Assembly: GCA_965218425.1 (NCBI GenBank)
Contig: OZ244621.1
Span: 544,001 to 608,000, forward strand
Source: an uncultured Candidatus Binatia bacterium
GTDB lineage: Bacteria; Desulfobacterota; Binatia; UBA9968; CAXXLF01
Length of the DNA: 64,000 bases
Reading direction: 5' to 3'
Positions 40,279 to 50,348 of this stretch are shown piece after piece. A program made the translations under genes and the position numbers. The notes under the pieces were generated by a model. That model did not search any database. It had not been told where the DNA came from and saw nothing but the letters and a program-made list of their open reading frames with translations. The stretch's first letter is position 1; each line of letters begins with the position of its first letter.

Positions 40279-42015
40279 GTGGAGTCTGTCGCTCGCGCAT
40301 GGGAAGCAACCCAGGAGAAAGGCCGGATCTTCTGGTCGGAAACTTTTCTTGCGCTTCCCCAGTGGTTGCTCCTCGCCCTGGTAGGCATCCTGGTTATCTA
40401 TCCCATGACTATGATCGTCTTCGGTGCCTTCTGGAGTTCCATGCCCGGAGAGCCAGGGCATTTGACCTTCGATGGTTATGTTCAGGCCTTCACTCAACCG
40501 GGGCTTTTGAAAGCCCTGTGGACCACCTATTGGCTCACCTTGCTGGTCAAGTTCATCTCTGTCGTCCTTGCCATTTTCTTTGCCTGGATCATCGCCCGGA
40601 CCGACACACCTGGACGGGACTGGCTGGAGGTGGGCTTTTGGCTTTACTTCTTCATGCCCTTCATGCCACTGGCCATGGCTTGGGTCCTCCTCTTGGCACC
40701 GGATTTTGGACTGATCAACCAGGTCTTGCAGAAGTTTCCCTTCATCAATGGTTCAGTTTTTAACGTCCACTCGTACGGAGGCATCATCTGGGCCAGCACC
40801 TTGACCAGCACATCCTTCATGGTACTTCTTATCACGCCCGCCTTTCGCAGGATGGAGGCAAGCCTGGAGGAAGCATCCACACTGGCCGGCGCCTCCATGT
40901 TCACCACCGTGCGTCAGATCATGATCCCCCTGATGGCTCCCACCATCCTTGGGGTTTTATTCCTGACCTTCATCAGGGGCATCGAGTCCTTCGAGACCCC
41001 GTTGATTTTGGGCTTCCCCGTTGGCATCCACGTCTATGGAACCAAATTATACGACCTGCTGCATGAGGAACCCCCCGCCTTTCCTCCAGCCATGGCGCTG
41101 ACCAACGTTTTTTTGCTTTCCCTGTTTCTAATGGTTTATGTGCAGAATCGTTTCATCAGGGGGAAAACCTATACGACCATAGGGGGCCGGGGTTTTTCTG
41201 TAAGACCCATCCCTCTGGGCCGGTGGAGATATGTTACCTTTGGAGTTTGCCTGATATGGCTGGCCGTGGGAACGCTGCTCCCGGTACTGACCTTACTGTT
41301 CGGCTCTTTCATGAAAATCTTTGGAGTTTTTTTACCCGGCGGCTCCTTCACCATCAATCACTGGGTTTATCTTCTGGAGGACCCGAGCTTCTGGTTCAGT
41401 CTCAAAAACACTCTGCTCATGGGCATGGCAGCGGCAACCATTGGCTTGCTCCTCCATTCCATGATCAGCTATGTGATCATTAAATCGTCCTTTCGCGGTC
41501 GAAAGGCCCTTGAATTTTTTAGTTGGCTCCCCTGGGCAGTGCCAGGGATCGTTTTGGGGTTGGGAATCTTCTGGGCCTATGTGGGTGGGATCCGTCTTCC
41601 CTTCGCGCTATACGGGACCCTGTGGATTTTAGTGATGGCCATGATCATAAAGGAAATGCCCATCGGCATAAGGGCCATGAGCGGTGGCTTGCTGCAACTC
41701 AGTAATGAACTCGAAGAGTCGTCCCGCGTTCACGGGGCTTCTTTCATACGGACGTTTCGATCCATCGTGGCGCCCCTTCTTGCGCCGACTTTCATTGCCA
41801 CATGGATCATCATCTTCCTCGCGGCCGTACGGGATTTAAGCACGGTGATCCTCCTCTACTCGGCAAAATCCAAGGTGTTGTCCGTTTTAAATTACGAGCT
41901 TTGGGCTTCCGGTAGAATGGAATCCGCATTTGCCATTGGGCTGGTAACGACCCTGATCGTTATCGTTGCAGCCATTGCGGCTCGGCTGCTTGGCGGCGGG
42001 CAGGAACTCAACTAG
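40279..42015 (+). CDS. ABC permease with two fused domains (FbpB-like)
   Basis: ARTDTPGR and two EAA loops (LEEASTLAGA, LEESSRVHGA). Confidence 0.92.
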   Translation: MESVARAWEATQEKGRIFWSETFLALPQWLLLALVGILVIYPMTMIVFGAFWSSMPGEPGHLTFDGYVQAFTQPGLLKALWTTYWLTLLVKFISVVLAIFFAWIIARTDTPGRDWLEVGFWLYFFMPFMPLAMAWVLLLAPDFGLINQVLQKFPFINGSVFNVHSYGGIIWASTLTSTSFMVLLITPAFRRMEASLEEASTLAGASMFTTVRQIMIPLMAPTILGVLFLTFIRGIESFETPLILGFPVGIHVYGTKLYDLLHEEPPAFPPAMALTNVFLLSLFLMVYVQNRFIRGKTYTTIGGRGFSVRPIPLGRWRYVTFGVCLIWLAVGTLLPVLTLLFGSFMKIFGVFLPGGSFTINHWVYLLEDPSFWFSLKNTLLMGMAAATIGLLLHSMISYVIIKSSFRGRKALEFFSWLPWAVPGIVLGLGIFWAYVGGIRLPFALYGTLWILVMAMIIKEMPIGIRAMSGGLLQLSNELEESSRVHGASFIRTFRSIVAPLLAPTFIATWIIIFLAAVRDLSTVILLYSAKSKVLSVLNYELWASGRMESAFAIGLVTTLIVIVAAIAARLLGGGQELN

Positions 42016-42033
42016 GAATCTACCGCCATGGGC

Positions 42034-43065
42034 CTAGGGACCGGATGAGCCCTGTGCCACCTTCAACGCATCCAGCCGCAGGGCGCTTTTAAGCTCGAAA
42101 CTTGAAGAGAGCAGTCCGTCCCGTTGGCACTCCTTGACGATCTCAGTCAATCCCTCGATAGGCAAAGTAAAGGTTGGATCGATGCGGCCATAGAGGGAAT
42201 CCATTAACTCGTCAAAGCGGCGCCGATCCTCGGGCTCTTCTGTGGGGAACCCGCTGGCCTGCACTAGTTTGCGAATCGCGTCTCGCTCCCGAGGATCGAT
42301 AACAACCTTCGCAGCATGCATCATTCCACGCAAGCACGACACCACAGCGTCGAATCGTTCCTGCAACGCGTGATCAGAAACAGCGGTAACCCGATCTTGC
42401 CTCGGTGCAAAGAACTGCCCGCCATCCACCAACTGGGGATAGCCCGCTTTGTCCATGTGACGCGCAAAGGAGACGCTCACCATAATGGCCTCTCCCTTCC
42501 CCTCCTCGAGGAGTTTCAAGGTCTGAAGCATGTCGTGCATGGCACCATGGTAAACGAATTCAACGTCTTTATCCGGTTCCATTTCGAATCGGCGCAAGAT
42601 TTCGCGGAACTGGATGTCCGTGGCCCCATTGGGAGTGCCGATAATGACACGCTTGCCCATGAGGTCCTCCATCTGCCGGATGTCCTTGGCACCGTAAAGA
42701 TGGAAGGTATGCCCTTTACGCCTCGAACCGCCGATGTAGACCGGTTTTCCCTGATCATTGGCCGACAAAATCATGGAGGTCAAAGGATCCACTGCGAGAT
42801 CGATCCATCCATGCTCCACCCCGGTTACCTGCGCCTCCTCCTCGCCGGTGGCAAGCAGTTCCACGTGGGAGAGTCCCTCCTGGGCAAAGAAGCCTCTCTC
42901 CATGGCCACCAACGGGATCGCCAGGTGGTTCCATTCATCGTGGGCGGCAGAGATGCAAAAGGGCCTTTGACGGGAGCCTTTTTCACCATCCACCGAATGC
43001 CAGGTTCGATAAGGCCCCTTAATTGACTCGTGTGCTGGGACCGCCATAGAATTGCTCTTTCTCAC
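42034..43065 (-). CDS. NMT1/SsuA-like binding-protein-fold protein without a signal peptide
   Basis: VAMERGFFAQEGL, IRQMEDLMGKRV, PDKDVEF; hydrophilic N-terminus; GTGA overlap with the upstream gene. Confidence 0.8.
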   Translation of the reverse strand: MRKSNSMAVPAHESIKGPYRTWHSVDGEKGSRQRPFCISAAHDEWNHLAIPLVAMERGFFAQEGLSHVELLATGEEEAQVTGVEHGWIDLAVDPLTSMILSANDQGKPVYIGGSRRKGHTFHLYGAKDIRQMEDLMGKRVIIGTPNGATDIQFREILRRFEMEPDKDVEFVYHGAMHDMLQTLKLLEEGKGEAIMVSVSFARHMDKAGYPQLVDGGQFFAPRQDRVTAVSDHALQERFDAVVSCLRGMMHAAKVVIDPRERDAIRKLVQASGFPTEEPEDRRRFDELMDSLYGRIDPTFTLPIEGLTEIVKECQRDGLLSSSFELKSALRLDALKVAQGSSGP

Positions 43066-44219
43066 AACAACCGATCGTCGTAGGGCATATCCGCCATCTT
43101 GACGGCGCCGTCGTCCGTAATCAGGACCTGTTCCTCTAACTTCACGGCGACATCATCCCCCTCTTCACCGATAAAGCAATCCACCGACAGGACCTGACCC
43201 TTCTTGATGGTGTCATCCACGTCTTTTTGATTTTTCATGATACTGGGATACTCGCCTGGTGTGAGTCCGTTGGAGTGAGCGATGTGAAAAGAGTAAAGCA
43301 ATTTGTGAAACTTCTCTGGTACCGGTGGTAGTTTTGACTTGAATTCCGCGATGGGAAGCCCCGGCCTGAGCAAACCGATGACGCCGTTAATGTACTCGTG
43401 GGCGCGCCGGTATCGATCGCGTTGCTTGTCCGATCCCTTGGCGCCACAGAGATAAGTGCGAGATGAGTCGAAGATATAACCGCAGGGACCGTAAACGTGG
43501 AGGTCCAGGCCTGCCAGGTCGCCGTCCTTGAGTTTCCGTTCGGTGGGCCAACGGCGCCACGGGTTCATATTTTCACCCGAGCAAACGTTTATTTGCAAAA
43601 GGCCTTCGGCACCCAGCTCCACAACCCGGGAATAAATGAGGCTGATGAGATCCTCTTCACTTACCCCTGGGGCAAGTTCGTCCCGGAAGGTACGCATGAC
43701 ACTGCTGTAAATCTTGGCCACCTCTTTATAGATGAGTATCTCGTCTTTGGTTTTTACCGTCTTGGAGGGCTCGATGAGTTTTTCGGCGCTCACCAAGGGC
43801 ATCTCGTGATGGCTGAGGGCCATAAACGCTATGGGATCCAAGGTATCAATGCCGAGCTTTTTCCCGGCCACGCCAAACTCCGTCATGAGGTCCTTTAGCT
43901 TATCGGCCCACTTCAAGGCCTTTTGATCCGCTTCGGCGTCTGAGGGGTCCACTCGATAGATAATGGGGCGGACATCCGAATGGGAGAGTTTTACGTACCC
44001 TTCGTCCATGGATCTCACAAAGGCGATGGGTTCGCCCTGTGCAGGTACGAACGCCGTGCCCCCGGGGATGCGCAGGTTCAGCACATACCTCACGTTGATC
44101 CTGTCAGTAAGGAACATGCCACCCACATTTTCCCGCCGCATCACATCCTGGAGATTGCGCACACGATCCCGCTTGAGACGTTGGTCATCCCAGGTTTTCT
44201 CCACTGCGTTCGAGCCCAT
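43062..44219 (-). CDS. M24 (pita-bread fold) protein, DddP-like subfamily
   Basis: KTVKTKDEI, SGENMNPW, GLDLH...FDSSRT, HSNG...EYP, KLEEQVLITDDG...PYDDRLL. Confidence 0.85.
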   Translation of the reverse strand: MGSNAVEKTWDDQRLKRDRVRNLQDVMRRENVGGMFLTDRINVRYVLNLRIPGGTAFVPAQGEPIAFVRSMDEGYVKLSHSDVRPIIYRVDPSDAEADQKALKWADKLKDLMTEFGVAGKKLGIDTLDPIAFMALSHHEMPLVSAEKLIEPSKTVKTKDEILIYKEVAKIYSSVMRTFRDELAPGVSEEDLISLIYSRVVELGAEGLLQINVCSGENMNPWRRWPTERKLKDGDLAGLDLHVYGPCGYIFDSSRTYLCGAKGSDKQRDRYRRAHEYINGVIGLLRPGLPIAEFKSKLPPVPEKFHKLLYSFHIAHSNGLTPGEYPSIMKNQKDVDDTIKKGQVLSVDCFIGEEGDDVAVKLEEQVLITDDGAVKMADMPYDDRLL

Positions 44220-44340
44220 TTATTTCCTCCTACCGTTTTGCCTCTACTCCAGCGCTACCATCGTGTGAGATGGCATCCTAATTAACACAACACCCCCACC
44301 ATATCAATCAGCGACCGAAGATACCCTGATCCATGATATC

Positions 44341-44369
44341 TTGAACTAAAATAAGAAAAAGACTATGGT
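44341..44369 (+). promoter_or_regulatory. Sigma70-type promoter candidate for the FAH-family gene
   Basis: TTGAAC-N17-TATGGT. Confidence 0.45.
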
Positions 44370-44421
44370 TCGCGATTGTAGCCCCGCAGGGGCAAACAGA
44401 AAACAGCATTGGAGGCAGTCT

Positions 44422-45333
44422 ATGAAAATCCTTCGCTTTAACGATGACAGGATTGGAATCTCAAAGGACGGTAATTCGGTGGCGGACGTCAGTGACGTCA
44501 TAAGCCACAGGACGGAGAAAGGTCCTAATCGAGCCATGGAAGAGTTCATCGAGAGGCTCGGCTCAGGCCGTAGCGAGATCGAGCAGGCCGCAGCGCGGGG
44601 AAAGACGGTCCCGTTGAGCAGCGTGAAACTGCTGGCACCCATCCCGCGACCCAGCAAGGTGCTCGCCGCATTCGTCAACTACCTGGACAGGGCAGGCGCA
44701 GAGCCTGGGAACGTACCCATTGAATTCTTCTACAAGTCCCCTGAGCTGTTGGGACCGCAAGGAACGATTATCATCCCCGACATTCCCCCGGTGACTGTGT
44801 TCCAGCCGGAGGCGGAGCTTGGTTTTGTCGTGGGGAAAAGGGGCAAAGACGTGGCCGAGTCCGCCGCCATGGATTACGTCCTTGGCTACATGCCGTTTGT
44901 CGACGTTTCGTCCCGCGGCATGGTTCGCCGAACTCAGTTCCTAGGCAAAGGGCTGGACACATGGGGACCTTGCGGTCCCTGGATCACCACCGCAGACGAA
45001 GTCGGTGATCCCCACACCCTCCAGGTCAAATCCTGGGTCAACGGGAAGCCGCGCCAGGATTACAACACAAAGGACATGGCTCAGAAAATTCCGAAACTCA
45101 TCGCCTGGGCGACCCGCTTTGTCACCCTCTATCCCGGCGATGTGATTACCACGGGCACCTTTCACGAAGGCCTAGGCCCCATCAATGACGGGGATGTGCT
45201 GGAAATCGAGGTGGAGAAGCTGGGACGGGCAAAGTTTTTCACCAAAGGGTATGGCGAGCGAAAGGAAGGAAACTGGGCGCCCCCCATTCCCCAGCCTGGA
45301 CAAAGGACCGGGCCCGGGATGAGCCGGGTTTAA
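44422..45333 (+). CDS. Fumarylacetoacetate hydrolase family protein
   Basis: LLAPIPRPSK, VNY, EAEL, DVSSR, GKGLDT, GPWITT, LYPGDVITTGT. Confidence 0.92.
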   Translation: MKILRFNDDRIGISKDGNSVADVSDVISHRTEKGPNRAMEEFIERLGSGRSEIEQAAARGKTVPLSSVKLLAPIPRPSKVLAAFVNYLDRAGAEPGNVPIEFFYKSPELLGPQGTIIIPDIPPVTVFQPEAELGFVVGKRGKDVAESAAMDYVLGYMPFVDVSSRGMVRRTQFLGKGLDTWGPCGPWITTADEVGDPHTLQVKSWVNGKPRQDYNTKDMAQKIPKLIAWATRFVTLYPGDVITTGTFHEGLGPINDGDVLEIEVEKLGRAKFFTKGYGERKEGNWAPPIPQPGQRTGPGMSRV

Positions 45334-45343
45334 AACTGCCAAA

Positions 45344-45390
45344 GCAAACCACCGGGGAATACCCAACCGGGTAACCAACCGGTGGTTTGC
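45344..45390. terminator. Strong hairpin between the convergent FAH and cupin genes
   Basis: Perfect 12 bp inverted repeat GCAAACCACCGG / CCGGTGGTTTGC with an inner TACCC/GGGTA stem. Confidence 0.65.
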
Positions 45391-45420
45391 CAATCTTCAC
45401 CTATCTGTCAGGCTGAACGA

Positions 45421-46512
45421 TCAAACGTTGATGACTGCCCCCATATTGACGGGGGTTCCCCGCTTCGCGCACTCAGCGAGGAAGATCTCTTTCACCTCAG
45501 CCATCACTTCGGGCGGGATATCTTCGTAGTTCATCTGGTTCCCACCTCGTTTTGTACTTCTCATGGTATAGAAAGTACTTCGGTCCACTTTATTGGTCCG
45601 GCTGCTGAGCTTCAGGGCCAAATGCTCCGCCGGGCCCTTGCTGATGACGCAGTGCTGGTGCCACCACCAGTTGGGAGGTACGATCATGGTCCCTGGCCCC
45701 CAATACTCCTTGGTCTTATTCTGCTCCCCTCCATCCGGCCACATCAGGGAATAGCCGTCCCCTTTCAACCAGATCACATGGGCGCCGGGCCCATGGCGAT
45801 GGAGTTTGCTGAAAGTGCCGCCGGGGAGCTCTACGATATGCGCCCCGAGGACGCCGTTGGCCATTTCAAAGGAGTATCCTCGTGAATCAACACCGCGATT
45901 GGATTCCTGCAACTCGAGATTGTAAATGTCGGCAAAAAAATTGCTGAAGCTGATGTCCACGGGAATGTCCCAGAGATCAAATTGCTCTTTTCTGATCTTG
46001 CTGGAGAAATAGTTTTCCTCACTGTTGAATCGTTCGGGAAAGACCGCATCGTTGTTAAAGATAAAGTCATCGTTTCGCACCAGGTTCATCATGATGGGTG
46101 CCGTAGTTACCGCCAGATACCGAGCCGGTTCCGTCCCCGATCCATTGAAGTGTTGATAGTGACAATTGAGCGGTATGGCAAAGAGGCTCCCAGCCTGCCA
46201 TTCGAAGAAATTCTTTTTCTTTGGATCCACCCACACGCTGGTGCTACCGCGGCCGCTGAGGATAAAAAGCATCTCTTCGTATACATGGCGCTGCGGTTTC
46301 AATTCACCCCCCACCGGGATCTCGCAGATGTAGGCGCTGTTCATCTCGCCGGTGCCGTCCAGTTGGATCTGCACCGCCTTGCCGCCAGTACGGTCCCAAT
46401 CTTTGAGGGGTTCGGTATAGACATTGTCGATCTTGGCGCCCCGGACCAGATCCAAGCCTTCCTTTTCCACCCACTCGTCATAGTACAAACAGTTCCATTT
46501 CATCTCCGCCAT
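45421..46512 (-). CDS. Bicupin protein of unknown function (paralog 1)
   Basis: QRHVYEE...GRG...FEWQAGSLF...QHFN and HRHGPGAH...WWHQH. Confidence 0.85.
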   Translation of the reverse strand: MAEMKWNCLYYDEWVEKEGLDLVRGAKIDNVYTEPLKDWDRTGGKAVQIQLDGTGEMNSAYICEIPVGGELKPQRHVYEEMLFILSGRGSTSVWVDPKKKNFFEWQAGSLFAIPLNCHYQHFNGSGTEPARYLAVTTAPIMMNLVRNDDFIFNNDAVFPERFNSEENYFSSKIRKEQFDLWDIPVDISFSNFFADIYNLELQESNRGVDSRGYSFEMANGVLGAHIVELPGGTFSKLHRHGPGAHVIWLKGDGYSLMWPDGGEQNKTKEYWGPGTMIVPPNWWWHQHCVISKGPAEHLALKLSSRTNKVDRSTFYTMRSTKRGGNQMNYEDIPPEVMAEVKEIFLAECAKRGTPVNMGAVINV

Positions 46513-46584
46513 TTTAAGTCCTCCTAGACCAAGTCTCGCTTATCCAAGGTAAATTTCTCGTTAAAGAATCAAAGCAGGGACCGT

Positions 46585-47667
46585 TCACATGTCCACCACC
46601 GCGTCATTGATGGGGGTGCCTCGTTTTTCACATTCTTGAGCAAAGAGCTCCTTGAGCTCCGCCATCAACTCGGGGGGAGTATCTTCATAGTTCATCTGAT
46701 TTCCGCCTCGCTTGGTGCTCTTCAGGGTGTTCATGCTGTTTCGGTTAACTTTATTTGTCTTGCTGCTGAGCTTCAACGCTAGATGCCGGGCGGGCTCTTT
46801 GCTCACAATGCAGTGTTGATGCCACCACCAGTCGGGTGGAACCACCATCATGCCTTTCTTCCAGTTTTCTCTGATTTTCTCCCCTCCGTCGGGCCACATG
46901 ATGGTGTAGCCTTCTCCCATCAACCAGATGACATGGGCCCCCGGCCCGTGACGGTGCACCTTGCTGAAGGTGCCGCCGGGAATCTCCAGGAGGTGGCACC
47001 CCAGGACTCCGTTCGCCAACTCAAAATTGTAACCCCGGGTATCCACGCCGCGATTCCACTCCTGCAACTTCACATTGTAAACGTCGGCATAGAAGTTGCT
47101 GAAGTTAACGTTCAGGGGCATGTCCCACAAGGTAAAGAGCTCTGTCTTTATCTTGCCGGAAAAATAATTATCCTCACCCTGGTAACGCTCGGGAAAGACG
47201 GCATCATTGTCAAAAATAAAATCCTCGTTGCGCATGAGGTTCATCATGATGGGTGCTGTAGTCACGGCCAGATAGCGCGCAGGCTCGGAACCGGAACCGT
47301 TGAAATGTTGATAGCGGGCATTTAGCGGAATGGCGAAGAGGCTTCCCGCCTGCCATTCGAAACTGTTTTTGTGCCGCTCATCGTACCAAACGGTGGTGCT
47401 ACCGCGGCCGCTCAGGATAAAAACCATCTCCTCGTACATGTGCTTCTGCGGCGACAACTGCTTCTTGGGAGCAATCTCGCAAATATAGGCCGCGTTCAAC
47501 TCCCCGGTCCCCTGAAGTTGGATCTGGACCGCGTTACCCCCGGTGCGCGCCCATGGCTTCAGGGGTTGGGTAAAGACATCGTCAACCTTGTGGCCACGGA
47601 TGAGATCCAGGCCTTCACCTTTCACCCATTCATCATAATACAGGCAGTTCCACTTCATCTCAGCCAT
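46585..47667 (-). CDS. Bicupin protein of unknown function (paralog 2)
   Basis: Same motifs as paralog 1 and the same first 15 residues, MAEMKWNCLYYDEWV. Confidence 0.85.
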   Translation of the reverse strand: MAEMKWNCLYYDEWVKGEGLDLIRGHKVDDVFTQPLKPWARTGGNAVQIQLQGTGELNAAYICEIAPKKQLSPQKHMYEEMVFILSGRGSTTVWYDERHKNSFEWQAGSLFAIPLNARYQHFNGSGSEPARYLAVTTAPIMMNLMRNEDFIFDNDAVFPERYQGEDNYFSGKIKTELFTLWDMPLNVNFSNFYADVYNVKLQEWNRGVDTRGYNFELANGVLGCHLLEIPGGTFSKVHRHGPGAHVIWLMGEGYTIMWPDGGEKIRENWKKGMMVVPPDWWWHQHCIVSKEPARHLALKLSSKTNKVNRNSMNTLKSTKRGGNQMNYEDTPPELMAELKELFAQECEKRGTPINDAVVDM

Positions 47668-47745
47668 TCGAGCTTCTCCCTCAATACTGCTTCCCGAGCT
47701 TGCATCACCTGGGGGGGCATACAAGGTTTTTTCTGCCGTCTGGAC

Positions 47746-48882
47746 CTATGCCGATTTTTTAAACTCGGGCATATCCGGTGTGATGCCTTTCTTGGCCAGT
47801 GTGGCCTCGAATCGGGTGCGTACCTGTGGATCTTCATCCTCATACTCCAGCAAGGTCCCGCCCTTCTTGATGGAGGTCAGGGTCCCGTCATCGAAGCGCT
47901 TGCCGGCCAGGGCGAATCCCATAGGGTACACCCTTCCGCCGTAGCGAACCGCCAAATGCCGCGCCGGCCCAGCCCCCGTGTTAAAGTGCTGGTGGAACCA
48001 GTTCGCCGGTGGGCAGTATACGCTTCCAGCCTTCCATTCGATCTGATGCACTTTATCCCCGTGACCGCTGGTATAGGGTTGGGGTCCCAGTTCATTGGGC
48101 CAGAGAAGGACGTAACCCTCGGACTGCAAACCGAGCAGAATAGCCCCTGACCCATGATAGTGGGCCTTATGATACCGCCCTATGGGCCAATGGGAGATAT
48201 GCCCGATCAGTGAGTTTCCTCCAATCTGGAACTGGGTGATCCTGACCGCCGCTCCCTTGCTCTCTTCAGACTCCAATTTCGCGGTGCCCACATCGGGAAT
48301 AAAGTTGGTCTCCCAGACATGGGTCATGCCGGTCTCGTAAATCTTATTGGTGACATTGAAATAGCCGTCTTCCCCGGCATATCGATCGGCAAATACCATG
48401 GGACAGTTGAAAACGAACTCGGGTGTGCGGTAGAGGTCTATGACTAGCGGGGCGTTCGTTACCGCCAAAAACTTCACCGGCTCGCGTCCGCCGTTCACCA
48501 ATCGGTGCCAGGTATTCAACGGGTTGGCAAAGACACTCAAAGGACCCCATTCAAACAGATGCTTTTTTCCATCTGATCCTTCCTGCCACACCTCCGTGGC
48601 ACCATTTCCGTCCAAGATACAAATAACCTCTTCAAACATATGCTTTTCAGGTTCCAAGGCGCCTCCCGGAGGGATCTCGGCCACATACATGCCCGTAATA
48701 CCTTCCTGCCCATAGAGATGGATAAAGCTCCCTTTTCCCCCGGTACGCTTCCAAGGTTGCAGTTTTAAGTCCCGCACATCCGAAAGGGCGTAGCCTTCCA
48801 CCATTGGAATTCCCTCAGCCTTCGCCCACTTGAAATACGCTGTCTTCTGCAGTGAAACCATCAATTTATCGAAGTCACCCAT
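47746..48882 (-). CDS. Bicupin protein of unknown function (paralog 3)
   Basis: EKHMFEE, WHRLVN, HKAHYHGSGA, WFHQHFN. Confidence 0.85.
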   Translation of the reverse strand: MGDFDKLMVSLQKTAYFKWAKAEGIPMVEGYALSDVRDLKLQPWKRTGGKGSFIHLYGQEGITGMYVAEIPPGGALEPEKHMFEEVICILDGNGATEVWQEGSDGKKHLFEWGPLSVFANPLNTWHRLVNGGREPVKFLAVTNAPLVIDLYRTPEFVFNCPMVFADRYAGEDGYFNVTNKIYETGMTHVWETNFIPDVGTAKLESEESKGAAVRITQFQIGGNSLIGHISHWPIGRYHKAHYHGSGAILLGLQSEGYVLLWPNELGPQPYTSGHGDKVHQIEWKAGSVYCPPANWFHQHFNTGAGPARHLAVRYGGRVYPMGFALAGKRFDDGTLTSIKKGGTLLEYEDEDPQVRTRFEATLAKKGITPDMPEFKKSA

Positions 48883-49099
48883 TCTAGTCCCTCCTTAAAA
48901 TATTTATGATTCTTGGTTTAGACGCCCCACAGCCCCATCGTCACTCCAGACCTGTATATGCACAATATTTTAATTATTTTCAACCTTAGAAGTGGTACGC
49001 CATTGATGGACTTCATTGACAGTGTCCCCTTCCTTCGGGTATGGGTGGAGCAAATACCGGAAGTGATTGGGTTTTGCCCTTTTCTATGGGAGGACTTGG

Positions 49100-50305
49100 A
49101 TGATCGGCGGGGAACAAAACGAGCGCCTTTGCAGAACGGGACCGGGTAGTCCCTGCGGAGAACTGTTCCGCCGCTATTGGTTGCCTGTGTGTCTCTCTAA
49201 CCAGGTACCGGCAGAAGGGAAACCCTTGCAGGTCAAGGTCATGGGTGAAGACCTGGTTTTATTCCGCGATGACCGGGGATGTCCTGGCCTGCTAGGACTC
49301 AACTGTTCCCATCGTCTGACCTCCCTTGCCTATGGGCGGGTTGAAGATGGGGGAATCCGCTGTCCCTTCCACGGTTGGCTTTATGACCTGGAGGGCAAAT
49401 GCCTGGAGCAGCCTGCCGAACCCAATTCCAACGACAAAGACAAGGTTCGCCACCCCGCCTACCCCTGCCAGGAGCTCGGCGGTTTGATCTTCGCCTACCT
49501 GGGACCAAGGGACAAGATGCCGCTTTTGCCGAGGTATGAGACGCTGGTACGAGAGGATGGGAGTCGCAAAGTAGACTACTACCAGATCAACAGCAACTAT
49601 CTGCAAAACGTCGAAGGGGCCCTGGATACCTCCCACGCCTCATTCCTGCACATCGATAACTGGTCCAAGATGAAGCACAAGCTCGCCGCAATGCCCAAGC
49701 GAGAGATTCAATTCAAAGAAACCGAGTATGGAATCTGGCAAACCGCCACCTCTCATATCCAGGCAGCCACGAAAGGTGAATTGATCCCGGTTTTTGCGCA
49801 CTTTTTCATGCCCACCGGATTCATGAGAATACAGGAGAGCCGGTTTCAGAAAGGCCTGATCCAAAAGTTTCAATCGTGGTATGTCCCCATGGACGATACC
49901 CACACCAAACGATTCCAGGCGGCCTTCTCCCCTCTGTTGGAAAACGGCAAGCCCTACGAGTGGCCGCCGGCTGGGGATTTCATTCAGCCCGGACCCGAAA
50001 ACGACTACTTCAGAAACTATGCGGAAGTAGATACCCTTTCGGGCATCCCGCTCAGGACGTCTCAATCCGCCATCAAAGGCTTCCTTTGCCAGGACAACAT
50101 GGTCAACGAAACCCAGGGGGCCATTGTGGATCGCACCCGGGAGCATTTAGGGGCACTGGATAAAGTGTTGACGGCCATGCGGGTAATGATCCTACTAGCC
50201 ATCGAAGAAGTTCAGAAGGGTCGGGACCCAAAGCATATCATACGAGACGATCACAAAAATGAGATAGTCTATATTAGAGGGGATGAAGAGCAAGAACTCG
50301 CTTAA
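49100..50305 (+). CDS. Rieske oxygenase alpha subunit (phthalate 4,5-dioxygenase/LigXa-like group)
   Basis: GPGSPCGELFRRYWLP, CSHR, CPFHGW, EGALDTSHASFLH, QD, IVDRTREHLG. Confidence 0.9.
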   Translation: MIGGEQNERLCRTGPGSPCGELFRRYWLPVCLSNQVPAEGKPLQVKVMGEDLVLFRDDRGCPGLLGLNCSHRLTSLAYGRVEDGGIRCPFHGWLYDLEGKCLEQPAEPNSNDKDKVRHPAYPCQELGGLIFAYLGPRDKMPLLPRYETLVREDGSRKVDYYQINSNYLQNVEGALDTSHASFLHIDNWSKMKHKLAAMPKREIQFKETEYGIWQTATSHIQAATKGELIPVFAHFFMPTGFMRIQESRFQKGLIQKFQSWYVPMDDTHTKRFQAAFSPLLENGKPYEWPPAGDFIQPGPENDYFRNYAEVDTLSGIPLRTSQSAIKGFLCQDNMVNETQGAIVDRTREHLGALDKVLTAMRVMILLAIEEVQKGRDPKHIIRDDHKNEIVYIRGDEEQELA

Positions 50306-50348
50306 CCTGAACACCCTAATACTGTGAAGATTTAGAGAGGGCACAAAA

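Noticed and set aside
48993..49008. Sigma54 promoter (TGGTACG...TTGA)
   Set aside because: The required GC at -12 is absent.
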